Below, in pieces: positions 8,910 to 18,116 of a DNA stretch of 33,905 nt. The notes below the pieces were generated by a model. It did no database searches and was not told the origin of the DNA. It worked only from the letters and a program-made list of their open reading frames with translations. Origin of the DNA: Enterobacterales bacterium (GTDB lineage Bacteria; Pseudomonadota; Gammaproteobacteria; Enterobacterales; GCA-2746155); assembly GCA_047618765.1 (NCBI GenBank), contig JBLHLI010000002.1, forward strand, positions 1 to 33,905, given 5' to 3'. Position 1 is the stretch's first letter. Each line of letters begins with the position of its first letter. A program made the translations under genes and the position numbers.

Positions 8910-9019
8910 TTCTAGAATATTTACAAGCTATGTTTACATGTCATATCGAAAAATAAAAAATCAGTAAGGGAGGATTGGTGTCGATACAGTTACTTAAATA
9001 CTGTGTCTTATGTAAGGAT

Positions 9020-10648
9020 TCAAGGCACCAGTGCTGCAATTTCTTTTAGCAATAAATCCGCATCTACTGGTTTATGTAACACCTTCTGTACGGTTTTTAA
9101 TGCGGCAGTACTGACTGCGCTTTCGGTATAACCCGTGATCATAATAGCCGGTATTGGTTTTTGAGTGAGTTCACGCAAACGTTTAACGACATCCAAACCA
9201 TTTTCGCCATCGGCCAATCGCTTATCGGTAATGATCAGGTCGGGTGGTATTTGAGTCTCTTGTGTATAGGCAATTGCTTTGCCACCAGTGCTGGCACTGA
9301 ATACGTGATAACCTTCGAGATTTAATAAGGTTTCCATCGCTTCTAAAATATCCTCGTCATCTTCGAGGTATAAAATATACGCTTTGTGATTTTGTGTTGT
9401 CGTTAACAAAGGTTCGTTAGACATAACAACGGCTTTATGGTCGCTTGCGGATAATGGTAGCCGAATGGAAAAAAAGGAGCCAATACCAAGGCTAGATTCT
9501 AGCGTAATAGGATGATTTAAAAGCTCGGCCAGCGCTTTAACAATGGACAAGCCTAAACCAAAGCCTTGCTTATTATGCTGATCCATGCAATAGAATGCGT
9601 CAAAAATTTCGGCTTGTTTATTATCAGGAATACCCGGCCCGGTATCGCGAACACCCAGTATTAGCGTATTGTCTGCGGCTAGATATTCAATCGCCACATG
9701 CCCTTGCTCAGTATACCTCAGTGCATTGCCCAGTAAGTTTCGGAGAATTTGTAACAAGAGTTCAGGGTCGCTGTGTACTCGGAGGTCGGTTGTTGGTATC
9801 GATAAGGTGAGCTTCTTTTGTAATGCCAATTCTTCAAAGTCTATTTGCAGTGCTGACAAGAGAGGCTGTAGATCCATATTCTTGAGTTGAGGCTGAATAC
9901 CACCACTTTCAATTTGGTTTAGATTGAGTACTGCACTTAACAGGCGTTCCATACCCTGAATGGATTTGTGCATTTTACCTACGTGCTGTTTAACGTCAGG
10001 GTCATGGATTTTTCGCATTAGCACCGAGCATAATGTATTCAGACTTTGCAACGGTTGGCGTAAGTCATGGCTAGCGGCGGATAAAAAGCGGGTATTGGTT
10101 TTTTTGGTGGTTTTTGCGGCTTCTTGTGCCGCTAATAGAGAAGATGTTTGTTCTAATACTTGAAGATTGAGCTTCGATACCAATTCAGCATTTTCCATAC
10201 CTATAGCAGTACAGTTTGCGACTATTTGTAATTGTTCAAGTTCATCATCCGTTGGTCGATGGGATTCTGCCCAGTAAATACCAATAGCGGCAAGGGGGTT
10301 GTCAGAGCGAACTGGCACCATAATCAGACTACGAACAAAGGTTCCTGCGTATAATTTCTGCGTAATACGTTCATCGTTGCGAATATCTTCAATCACCACC
10401 ATTTGTTTGTGACCCATACTCAAGCCACTAATACATTGATTGGCAGGAAAGCGTGACCCTTTCCACAGTGGCGCAATGGCCTGTTCATCGGCATAGTAAC
10501 AATAGTCGCCATCCTTGAGGATAAAGCTGACTCCATCAGCATTGACAAGCTTGCGTACAGAATCAACCACTATGTACTGAATAACATCAAGGGTTCTGGC
10601 TAGAGAGAGTTTGTGGATAAGGGGAAGAATTGAGTTCATTGATACCAT
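9020..10648 (-). CDS. Cytoplasmic hybrid sensor histidine kinase (GAF - HisKA - HATPase - receiver)
   Basis: No TM segments. GAF-like N-terminal region, H-box FLSAASHDLRQPL, G-boxes RDTGPGI / GFGLGLSIV, and a C-terminal receiver (ILYLEDDEDI...LIITDKRL...HKP). Confidence 0.85.
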   Translation of the reverse strand: MVSMNSILPLIHKLSLARTLDVIQYIVVDSVRKLVNADGVSFILKDGDYCYYADEQAIAPLWKGSRFPANQCISGLSMGHKQMVVIEDIRNDERITQKLYAGTFVRSLIMVPVRSDNPLAAIGIYWAESHRPTDDELEQLQIVANCTAIGMENAELVSKLNLQVLEQTSSLLAAQEAAKTTKKTNTRFLSAASHDLRQPLQSLNTLCSVLMRKIHDPDVKQHVGKMHKSIQGMERLLSAVLNLNQIESGGIQPQLKNMDLQPLLSALQIDFEELALQKKLTLSIPTTDLRVHSDPELLLQILRNLLGNALRYTEQGHVAIEYLAADNTLILGVRDTGPGIPDNKQAEIFDAFYCMDQHNKQGFGLGLSIVKALAELLNHPITLESSLGIGSFFSIRLPLSASDHKAVVMSNEPLLTTTQNHKAYILYLEDDEDILEAMETLLNLEGYHVFSASTGGKAIAYTQETQIPPDLIITDKRLADGENGLDVVKRLRELTQKPIPAIMITGYTESAVSTAALKTVQKVLHKPVDADLLLKEIAALVP

Positions 10649-10741
10649 GACATCTGTCGCACTAATATTATTTAATGCGTGCTGATAAGGGTTTCCACCG
10701 TAGGCCGTTGGTGAATGATTGTCAATGTGTCATGTCAATTG

Positions 10742-11773
10742 TTACTTGTGTGAGCTAGGTATAGTCTCAATATTATGGGTAAATAATATTGTCGCAGATA
10801 AGCCGCCGAGAGAGGAGGGTGCAAGTAGCAGTTGACTATTGTTAACTTCGGCCACACGTTTTACTAAAGCCAGTCCCAGCCCCGCTCCGCGTTTTTGTCC
10901 ATCAATACTTTTTTGGAACGGTTGCTGAACACGATTATAATCACCAGTGGGGATCCCTGGGCCGGAATCTTCTACTTGTAATTTAAGCTTTGTATTATTG
11001 TCTATCAACTGCAAGCTAATCTGGACGACACCCTTAGAAGGGGTATAGCGCAAGGCATTATCGAGCAGGTTTTTTAATACGATTTCAATGTGCTCTTCAT
11101 TGCTTAGGATAAACAGTGCTTGGGTTTCATCAAAAACTCGAGTTAAGGTAATCATACGGGATTGCGCTAGCGTTTGGTAATCATCTACCCAGCGCTGGCA
11201 TAGCTCGGTGATATTCAGTGATGTAAGACTAGCCTGTCGATAATATAGATTGAGGCGGGAAAGCGTCAGTAGTTGTTCAACTAAGTGCGTACTTTTATCG
11301 ACGGCTTTTAGAATGTTATTGAGCGCTTTATCTCGCTGCTTGGGATCAGCGGTTCTTTGGGCAATTTGTGTTTGTAGGCGTATCCCTGTCAGCGGTGTGC
11401 GTAACTCATGGGAGGCTTCAGAACTGAAGGTATATTCTTGGCTAACACGACCTTTTTCCAGTGTATAAAAATGATTGAGCGCTGCTAGCAAGGGCTGTAT
11501 TTCGTCAGGTTGGCCGTGTATTGGCAAAGGTTCTACATTATTGGGTTCGCGGTTTTTTATTGTGTGTGCCAGCGCCTCTATATTGTTTATTTTTTTAATC
11601 GGTATAGAAAGGTGATTTTGCCACAATTTATAGACGCTGAGCGCAATAATGACGGTGACAAAGAGATCAATTTGCCACCAGGCATGTTCTAGAATAAGAA
11701 TAAGAATAATACCAATAATCACCCAGCATAAGCCCAGTGTAAGGGTGGTTATCAATAGCGTTGTTTTTTTCAA
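10742..11773 (-). CDS. Sensor histidine kinase of PmrB/BasS/QseC type with almost no periplasmic loop
   Basis: Two N-terminal TM helices are separated by only ~6 residues (EHAWWQ). There is a HAMP-like linker, the H-box SEASHELRTPLTG, and N/G boxes LLDNALRYTP, DSGPGIP and GAGLGLALV. The gene starts 10 nt after the regulator gene. Confidence 0.85.
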   Translation of the reverse strand: MKKTTLLITTLTLGLCWVIIGIILILILEHAWWQIDLFVTVIIALSVYKLWQNHLSIPIKKINNIEALAHTIKNREPNNVEPLPIHGQPDEIQPLLAALNHFYTLEKGRVSQEYTFSSEASHELRTPLTGIRLQTQIAQRTADPKQRDKALNNILKAVDKSTHLVEQLLTLSRLNLYYRQASLTSLNITELCQRWVDDYQTLAQSRMITLTRVFDETQALFILSNEEHIEIVLKNLLDNALRYTPSKGVVQISLQLIDNNTKLKLQVEDSGPGIPTGDYNRVQQPFQKSIDGQKRGAGLGLALVKRVAEVNNSQLLLAPSSLGGLSATILFTHNIETIPSSHK

Positions 11774-11783
11774 TCACTCAACC

Positions 11784-12452
11784 TCAGGCACTTAAGGCCG
11801 CGCCCATTTTGTACCCCACATGCCGCAGGGTTTCTATGCTGTCTTTGCCCAGTTTTTTGCGTATCCCATGGATATGGACTTCAATGGTATTACTTTCAAT
11901 TTCCATATCCCAGCCATAAAGGCTATCTTCAATATGGGCTTTAGATAATACTCGCTCAGGCCTTTCCATCAATGTTTGTAAAATAGCAAACTCCTTTGGC
12001 CCCAGCGTCACTGGATTACCATTTTGGGTCACAATGTGAGTGGCTGGGTTGAGTGAGAGTGAGCCGACGCTGAGTACAGGCGAAGTGCGACCACTAGCTC
12101 TGCGTCGCAGGGCTCTTATGCGTGCGCGTAATTCATCAAGATCAAACGGCTTGCTCAGATAATCATCTGCGCCACCATCCAGTCCTTTCAGCTTATGATC
12201 AATGTCGTTATAAGCTGTCAAAATCAGCACTGGGGTATCATCTTTCTTCTGGCGCAGGTGTTTTAATACCTCTAGTCCAGAGCCATCAGGCAGGCCAATA
12301 TCGAGAATCACTAATTCATAAGCGGTCGTTGTCAGTGCGGTAAGGGCCGATTCTTTGTCTTCTACCCAGTCCACCGCATAGTTATCGAGACCTAGTCCTT
12401 GGACTAAACCATCACCAATAATTTTATCGTCTTCAACAACTAGGATACGCAT
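11784..12452 (-). CDS. OmpR/PhoB-family response regulator of PmrA/BasR/QseB type
   Basis: Receiver (MRILVVEDD...LVILDIGLPDGSG...KP) plus a winged-helix output domain with the NTIEVHIHGIRKKLG...LRHVGYKM motif typical of BasR/QseB. Confidence 0.9.
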   Translation of the reverse strand: MRILVVEDDKIIGDGLVQGLGLDNYAVDWVEDKESALTALTTTAYELVILDIGLPDGSGLEVLKHLRQKKDDTPVLILTAYNDIDHKLKGLDGGADDYLSKPFDLDELRARIRALRRRASGRTSPVLSVGSLSLNPATHIVTQNGNPVTLGPKEFAILQTLMERPERVLSKAHIEDSLYGWDMEIESNTIEVHIHGIRKKLGKDSIETLRHVGYKMGAALSA

Positions 12453-12512
12453 GGTTATTTTTTCCGGGGCATAGTGTCATAGTAAAAAGTACTAATCAGC
12501 ATTAAGAAACTC

Positions 12513-12545
12513 ATCCTAGTATAGCAAACTTAAATGGCGCTTAAA
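12513..12545 (-). promoter_or_regulatory. PmrA-type box plus -10 in front of the regulator/kinase operon (autoregulation candidate)
   Basis: Minus strand: TTTAAG-cgcca-TTTAAG, 10 nt, TAGGAT (12518-12513). TATACT also overlaps at 12523-12518. Confidence 0.55.
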
Positions 12546-12592
12546 TAATGCTATTCAATACTGAAATAATGAATCTGTTTTGTGATAGAAGC

Positions 12593-12625
12593 ATTAAGGG
12601 TGATTTAATCTTCTTTCATTATAGT
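12593..12625 (+). promoter_or_regulatory. PmrA-type box plus -10 upstream of the CPA2 antiporter gene
   Basis: ATTAAG-ggtga-TTTAAT (12593-12609), 10 nt, TATAGT (12620-12625). It is divergent from the box at 12529-12545. Confidence 0.5.
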
Positions 12626-12704
12626 GCTTATTCTTTTTTAGTTCGATACTGTTTTTAGTACGATATTTTTTAGTTAATACTATCTATTTTGGAATTCACC
12701 GCTT

Positions 12705-13862
12705 ATGCACCTTGATCCTATGTTGCCAGTTGTTGTTGCCATTGCCTTAATTGTTATATTAGCGGCACTGTTGCTGCGTCTTATTCGTCAACCTACGGTC
12801 TTAGCCTATTTATTAGCCGGTATTGTGATTGGACCAGAGGGGGTTGGCCTGATTAACGATAACGCGTTGATAGAACATATGGGAACCTTCGGGGTTATTC
12901 TCCTATTGTTTTTTGTCGGCATGGAGGTTCAGCCAAGCCAACTTAAAAAGCACTGGAAGATATCGGCAGCAGGGACAGCGCTACAGATTGTAGTCAGTGT
13001 GACCTGTCTCTTTATAGTGGGATATTACTTTCAATGGTCTCTAGGGAGAATTGTATTATTAGGATTTGTCATCAGTTTAAGCAGTACCGCTGTGGTATTG
13101 AAATTACTTCAAGAGGGTAATGAACTGGATACATCAATGGGCCAAAAAGTGTTAGGTATACTTTTGGCACAGGATTTGGCCATTGTCCCCATGATTATCA
13201 TTCTGGGGCTATTAAGTGATGCGATTATTGATACTCATATTATTGGTTTACAACTAGTCGGAGGCATTGCCGCACTGATTTTTGTTAACTGGCTCATGCG
13301 AAAGCCCCTATTACACTTACCCTTCGCGCGTTTAATACAGCAAGATCATGAACTGCAAGTCTTTGCTGCCTTGATAATTTGTTTTGGCTTGAGCTTGTTA
13401 ACCGGGTTAATGCAGCTATCGACTGCTCTCGGGGCTTTTATTGCTGGAATGCTGGTGGCTAAAACCAAGGAAACCCTCTGGGTTAAACAGAGTTTAGAGC
13501 CTTTTAGAGTGGTGTTTATTGCTTTATTTTTTATGTCAATTGGGATGTTGATTAATTTGAATTTTGTCATGCAGCAGTGGTGGCAGTTATTGATTTTACT
13601 GGTATTGGTATTAATCACTAATACCTTTATCAATGCGATCTCACTGAGGTTACTTAATGTTAATTGGCGAGACAGTTTATACTCGGGTGCGTTATTGGCG
13701 CAGCTTGGTGAGTTTAGTTTTGTGCTCGCTTCCATTGGCTTACAAGCTAATCTGATTACCCAGTATGCGCATCAAATGACCATTGCAGTGATTGTGTTAA
13801 GTTTATTTGTCAGCCCACTATGGATTGCTTTATTTAAAAGGATAACGCAAATAAAGCACTAG
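12705..13862 (+). CDS. Cation:proton antiporter (CPA2, Kef-type membrane domain, no KTN/RCK domain)
   Basis: 385-aa polytopic membrane ORF with an N-terminus typical of the family, ...LAYLLAGIVIGPEGVGLI.., and ~11-12 hydrophobic segments. Confidence 0.8.
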   Translation: MHLDPMLPVVVAIALIVILAALLLRLIRQPTVLAYLLAGIVIGPEGVGLINDNALIEHMGTFGVILLLFFVGMEVQPSQLKKHWKISAAGTALQIVVSVTCLFIVGYYFQWSLGRIVLLGFVISLSSTAVVLKLLQEGNELDTSMGQKVLGILLAQDLAIVPMIIILGLLSDAIIDTHIIGLQLVGGIAALIFVNWLMRKPLLHLPFARLIQQDHELQVFAALIICFGLSLLTGLMQLSTALGAFIAGMLVAKTKETLWVKQSLEPFRVVFIALFFMSIGMLINLNFVMQQWWQLLILLVLVLITNTFINAISLRLLNVNWRDSLYSGALLAQLGEFSFVLASIGLQANLITQYAHQMTIAVIVLSLFVSPLWIALFKRITQIKH

Positions 13863-14136
13863 CTATGATAGTTGTTGCTTTGCTGTTTGAGTCTTTTAAT
13901 ATCGTCTAGCAGTTCAAGTGCTAATGCGGCACCTGCAATAATTAACGCCTAGATCACGGCGTAATCACAAGGCAGTTTGAATGCGCTATGTCATTGTAGG
14001 TGTAAATACCCAGTCATCACTTTGTTCATCTAAAGGCGCCACAATCAAACTATCTATCATGCGATGGACTGTTTTCAGTTGAAGATTATAGTGTTGACAA
14101 AGTCATGAAGAATTCATTTTTGTCATGATAGACCCT

Positions 14137-14919
14137 TTAGTTTGATGTAATATAAGGATAAAGTAATTTATCTAATTGTTGTTTGTCTGCTTCACTATAT
14201 TTGGCAATGGTCAATATTTTTCCATCAAATATGAAATCGAGAGTGACATTCTTTTTGGTAATAGAATTTGACTCCATCGAAAAAGTTAAACGCAGATCAG
14301 ATAACTTACCTTTATCGATAAATTTTTTATTGGCAGATACAGGTGCTATTGTAAAATTGGCTTCTTTATCAACAAACCAGTTTTGCAATACTGTACGAAT
14401 AGCCTCTTGTTGGTCAAATTGGAATAGTGAATACTGACCAAAAACTTCTCCTTGGGTGCTATCAACTTCATTACACACCAACACATCAGATAAGGCCTTA
14501 GCAGAAAACTTAAGACATTCGTTTAATCTAAACTTGGGCTGATATGACTTATATTGCCAGTTATCACCTATTTGACGTAATAATACCAAGCCACCAAAAC
14601 TATTGTTATGCGGTTCGCAACCATCGGTATCGACAAGCATTTCATTTTTTTTTGCTGAACTAAAGTGACCATTAATCATGGCTTTTAACAATAAAGGTTC
14701 TTCAAAGTTTTGATTTGACGTAAATCTTGGGCAGCGACGACAGGCGAAGTCACCGTCAATCATAATGGTGCGAGTGCGACCACAGATGATATGTGCAATT
14801 GATACAGTAACCGGTTTCTCAATCCCTGTTAGTGGCAGTTGAGCAAATACATCACTAGTAATACAGAAAAACAGTAAACACAAATATTTATAGGGTAGAG
14901 AGTGGGTTGGGAATATCAT
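14137..14919 (-). CDS. Secreted Cys-containing protein of unknown function
   Basis: 260-aa ORF with an N-terminal signal-like segment (YKYLCLLFFCITSDVFA) and a CRRC pair. I recognise no family. It lies 26 nt downstream of the DUF502 gene. Confidence 0.6.
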   Translation of the reverse strand: MIFPTHSLPYKYLCLLFFCITSDVFAQLPLTGIEKPVTVSIAHIICGRTRTIMIDGDFACRRCPRFTSNQNFEEPLLLKAMINGHFSSAKKNEMLVDTDGCEPHNNSFGGLVLLRQIGDNWQYKSYQPKFRLNECLKFSAKALSDVLVCNEVDSTQGEVFGQYSLFQFDQQEAIRTVLQNWFVDKEANFTIAPVSANKKFIDKGKLSDLRLTFSMESNSITKKNVTLDFIFDGKILTIAKYSEADKQQLDKLLYPYITSN

Positions 14920-14945
14920 TAAGCTAACTCCAGCAGTCAGGTTTA

Positions 14946-15578
14946 TTAATTTTTAGCAGTTTCTTTGGCTATAATATGGGTCATTATGTTTTCTGATCCT
15001 ACGCCACAGCTGACAATAATCTTCATCGCTTTTTCAGCGGAAATATCTAAAAATTTTAGATGGTCTATGTTGGTTTGTATAACATAGCCATTCATTGGGC
15101 TTGGGCTGGTAGGAATAAAAACCGCGTATTGATCCTCACCGTACTCTTCGGTGATATAGCCAATAAAATAATTATCGTTTTTGTCCAGTGAAAAAAGTAC
15201 GGGTTTTGAAAATGATCGCTGTGTTCCAGACTGTAATTGTACTGATAGCTCTTTTAGCATTTTATAACCTGGAATCCGACCCAATAATCCTTGTTCCGCT
15301 TTATCTTGTAGCCATTTTCCCGCATTAGTTTTAATGAATAAACCAATAAAAAAGCAAGCACTAATAATAAGGGCAAAACTTAAAAACTCTGCGATTAATC
15401 GGTCTGTATGCGTGGCTGTTAAAATAAGGCGGGTTAATGGCTCAATAATATTGGTGATCCACCTAATGAGCCATAACAATATATTCAATACAATAGTTAT
15501 TGGCAGTATTGCGAGAAACCCGCCTAGCAATACGGTGGTAAAGAATTTTTTGATCTTACTCATGGCGCATGGATCCAT
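14946..15578 (-). CDS. DUF502-family membrane protein
   Basis: Two N-terminal TM helices and the family motif ..VFIPTSPSPMNGYV... An alternative ATG at 15563 (MSKIKKFF...) is possible. Confidence 0.75.
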   Translation of the reverse strand: MDPCAMSKIKKFFTTVLLGGFLAILPITIVLNILLWLIRWITNIIEPLTRLILTATHTDRLIAEFLSFALIISACFFIGLFIKTNAGKWLQDKAEQGLLGRIPGYKMLKELSVQLQSGTQRSFSKPVLFSLDKNDNYFIGYITEEYGEDQYAVFIPTSPSPMNGYVIQTNIDHLKFLDISAEKAMKIIVSCGVGSENIMTHIIAKETAKN

Positions 15579-15676
15579 CTATGTAATTAAAAACTGTTAT
15601 ATCAAGGGATAGGAGCCATTAATGCCAGCCAAGCCTGTGGCTCAATTAAAATAATCCTGTTAATAATAAATAATCG

Positions 15677-16036
15677 TTAGTCCGAGTTTTCAAAAAACTG
15701 TAATTTAACCTCGGTACTGGGTAAGCGCTTTAAGTGCAAGCGTATCCCGTAAGCATCTTTCTCATCATTGAATAGCTGTTCTGCAGCCTGTTGTTGTTCA
15801 ATGGGATCGCCTGTTTTTTTATCAATAACGGTGACACCTTTATAGTTGTCTAAATAATTGTCTAAATAGTTATCTACGTTATTTTGGGGGATAATTATAT
15901 CGACACTTATATTCTCTTCTCCTTGCTGAATGTTAGTGACTTCTGCGCCAAAAACATCGCCTTTATCGCCTTCTACCATATGAAGCCAATCTGTTTCGAG
16001 TGGGTCAATTGCCATTGTGGGTAAAGGTAATATCAA
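15677..16036 (-). CDS. Small secreted protein of unknown function. Its 5' end is apparently frameshifted in a T7 run.
   Basis: The ORF starts at TTG, inside a signal-peptide-like stretch. The ATG at 16076 is out of frame by 1 nt. Deleting one T from the minus-strand T7 run (plus-strand A7 at 16044-16050) gives MNTRYFLQYFLFLLILPLPTMA|IDP... A 12-bp tandem repeat encodes DNYLDNYLDNY. Confidence 0.5.
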   Translation of the reverse strand: MILPLPTMAIDPLETDWLHMVEGDKGDVFGAEVTNIQQGEENISVDIIIPQNNVDNYLDNYLDNYKGVTVIDKKTGDPIEQQQAAEQLFNDEKDAYGIRLHLKRLPSTEVKLQFFENSD

Positions 16037-16148
16037 TAAAAATAAAAAAATACTGTAAAAAATAGCGTGTGTTCATGGTTAACCCCCGTGGTTTTACATT
16101 ACTGTTGAAAAAGCAATATTTCTGCTTAAAAATAGGTACAATGTTAGT

Positions 16149-16181
16149 ACTGTAAAATTCATAGCTTAAATTAAAGTTACT
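16149..16181 (-). promoter_or_regulatory. Weak PmrA-type box (good proximal half only) plus -10, upstream of the secreted/DUF502 operon
   Basis: Minus strand: AGTAAC-tttaa-TTTAAG, 10 nt, TACAGT (16154-16149). Confidence 0.3.
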
Positions 16182-16269
16182 CTATTAATAATTGTTATCA
16201 GGCTAGCTATCGATAAGTTTTTTAGACATACTCATAACCATAATAGGATTGTTGGATTCTATCTTTAAG

Positions 16270-17388
16270 TTATTCATATTGAAAAAAATATTTATCAGAT
16301 GCTATAGCGGAACAAGCTAATGCAGGATAATCGGTATAACCTTTAGCGTCAGCGGTATAAAAGGTATTCATATCAGGAGTATTGATTGCTGCGCCTATTT
16401 CCCAGCGTTTGGGTAAATCAGGATTAGCAATGAACGGACGTCCGACAGCAATAAAATCGCATTTTTGATTTTCTAAATCACTGTTAGCACGGGCGTTGTC
16501 ATAACCACCGGACAAAATCAGTATGCCTTTAAAGACCTGACGGATAGCGTCTTTTATACTTGCGGGAATCGGCGGCATCCCCATGGCGCTATGATCGACA
16601 AGGTGAATATACAATAAGCCACGTAAATTAAGCTGTTCTGCTAGGTAGAGATAGTCCGCTTGCATATCATCATATAGTGGCATGTCATTGAAGGTACCAA
16701 AAGGGGATAGTCGTATACCTACCTTGTTTTTTCCAATGGCCTTGCTCACTGCGTCGACCACTTCCAACACAAAACGCGCCCGATTTTCGATGGCTCCACC
16801 ATAATGATCGGTACGCTGATTGGTATTAGGACGAACAAATTGTTCCAATAAATACCCATTGGCACTATGCAACTCGATGCCATCAAAACCGGCGTTAATT
16901 GCATTCTTTGCTGCTCGTACAAATTCAGCAATGGTGTTTTTAATATCTGCTGCGGTCATCGCTTCAGGCACAGGAAACGGTTGCATGCCCTGTGTATCCG
17001 TATACATTTCACCTACTGCACTAATAGCTGAGGGGGCCTGTGCGCGTGCATCTTTAGGCATATTTAACGGATGCGCAATGCGCCCACAATGCATCAATTG
17101 TAAAAATATTCTGGCACCTTTAGCGTGTACAGAGTTAGTGATGCGTTTCCAGCCGTCGATCTGTACTTTGGAAAATATACCCGGTATACGGGGGTAACCT
17201 AGGCCATTGGGCGAAGGGGATGTGCCTTCGGTAATAATCAATCCCGCCGTCGCACGCTGGGAATAATATTTTTCCATTAATGCATTGGGATTGTTATTAA
17301 TAGCCCGATTGCGGGTCATCGGTGCCATTACTAGACGGTTTTGTAGTTTTAGTGGTCCTAAATCTATTTTCGAAGAGAGTAATGACAT
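16270..17388 (-). CDS. Old Yellow Enzyme family NAD(P)H:flavin oxidoreductase (alkene / N-ethylmaleimide reductase-like)
   Basis: 372-aa ORF with ..LKLQNRLVMAPMTR.., ..GFDGIELHSANGYLLEQF.., ..NQRTDHYGG.. and ..VGRPFIANPDLP... Confidence 0.9.
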   Translation of the reverse strand: MSLLSSKIDLGPLKLQNRLVMAPMTRNRAINNNPNALMEKYYSQRATAGLIITEGTSPSPNGLGYPRIPGIFSKVQIDGWKRITNSVHAKGARIFLQLMHCGRIAHPLNMPKDARAQAPSAISAVGEMYTDTQGMQPFPVPEAMTAADIKNTIAEFVRAAKNAINAGFDGIELHSANGYLLEQFVRPNTNQRTDHYGGAIENRARFVLEVVDAVSKAIGKNKVGIRLSPFGTFNDMPLYDDMQADYLYLAEQLNLRGLLYIHLVDHSAMGMPPIPASIKDAIRQVFKGILILSGGYDNARANSDLENQKCDFIAVGRPFIANPDLPKRWEIGAAINTPDMNTFYTADAKGYTDYPALACSAIASDKYFFQYE

Positions 17389-17763
17389 GTTGAATCCTCT
17401 GATTGGGTAAGCGGTGATTTTTTGCTAACATTTTTTGTGTTAAATAATGCCAACGGTTACTAATCTAATGGTCAGTAGTTGAGGTATCTATATTGCCGTC
17501 AAGGTCATCAAAAAATTCAACGAGGGCATACTGAAGAGACTGATTATAATCATTAGCGTCAATATATCTTTTAATATATCTACCATTAAATCCTATAATA
17601 TCAGTATCAGTATCAGTTAGAATACTTAAATCAACCTTAAGGCTACTGTCTTGATTAAAGTTTTTTATCTACTATGTAGAAAATAGCTTATGGTTAGAGA
17701 TCTTTATTCGATCACCATTTATAGGCTGAAAACACTGACTACAATAAATTATATCCTTAGTAA

Positions 17764-17796
17764 AAACTAACTATTCAAGGTTAAGCAGGGTTTAAG
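17764..17796 (-). promoter_or_regulatory. PmrA-type box plus -10-like hexamer in a decayed spacer upstream of the OYE gene
   Basis: Minus strand: CTTAAA-ccctg-CTTAAC, 10 nt, TAGTTT (17769-17764). The nearest downstream reading frame (17465-17668) has no start codon. Confidence 0.3.
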
Positions 17797-18116
17797 TTAA
17801 GGCTGACAAAATGCACCTGGTTACTAAAAACCATCATTATTTAAACAGTGGCGAACAGAGGTTGATGATGTTAGTTGTATGTAAAATTTCATGTGTTGAC
17901 AATATATTTTTAAAATATTAACAATACGAGATTATATTTATGTGTCTAACTTACACAAAGTGCCAAGAGCCACTAGTAACGTTAAAAATTAATTAAGAGG
18001 GAAATAATTAACACCATGAAAAATAATATTTTTTTATTAACAACTGTAACGGCAATCAGTTTATTTGCTGCAATTCCCACTGTAGAGAAATCCAAGTTTA
18101 GCTCTGTCTATGTTAA

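Noticed and set aside
13863-14136. Short minus-strand frames (for example ..ALIIAGAALALELLDDIKRLKQQSNNYHS*) that might be another gene relic
   Set aside because: They are too short and too interrupted to assign to any family by eye. Only a BLASTX could decide.
17625-17641. Additional box-like matches: CTTAAA-N5-CTTAAG (17625-17641), GTTAAA-N5-ATTAAG (17981-17997) and CTTAAT-N5-TTTAAA (20170-20186)
   Set aside because: In neither orientation does a TAnnnT hexamer lie 10 nt downstream. They are kept out of the regulon list and used as an indication of the background rate in AT-rich DNA.
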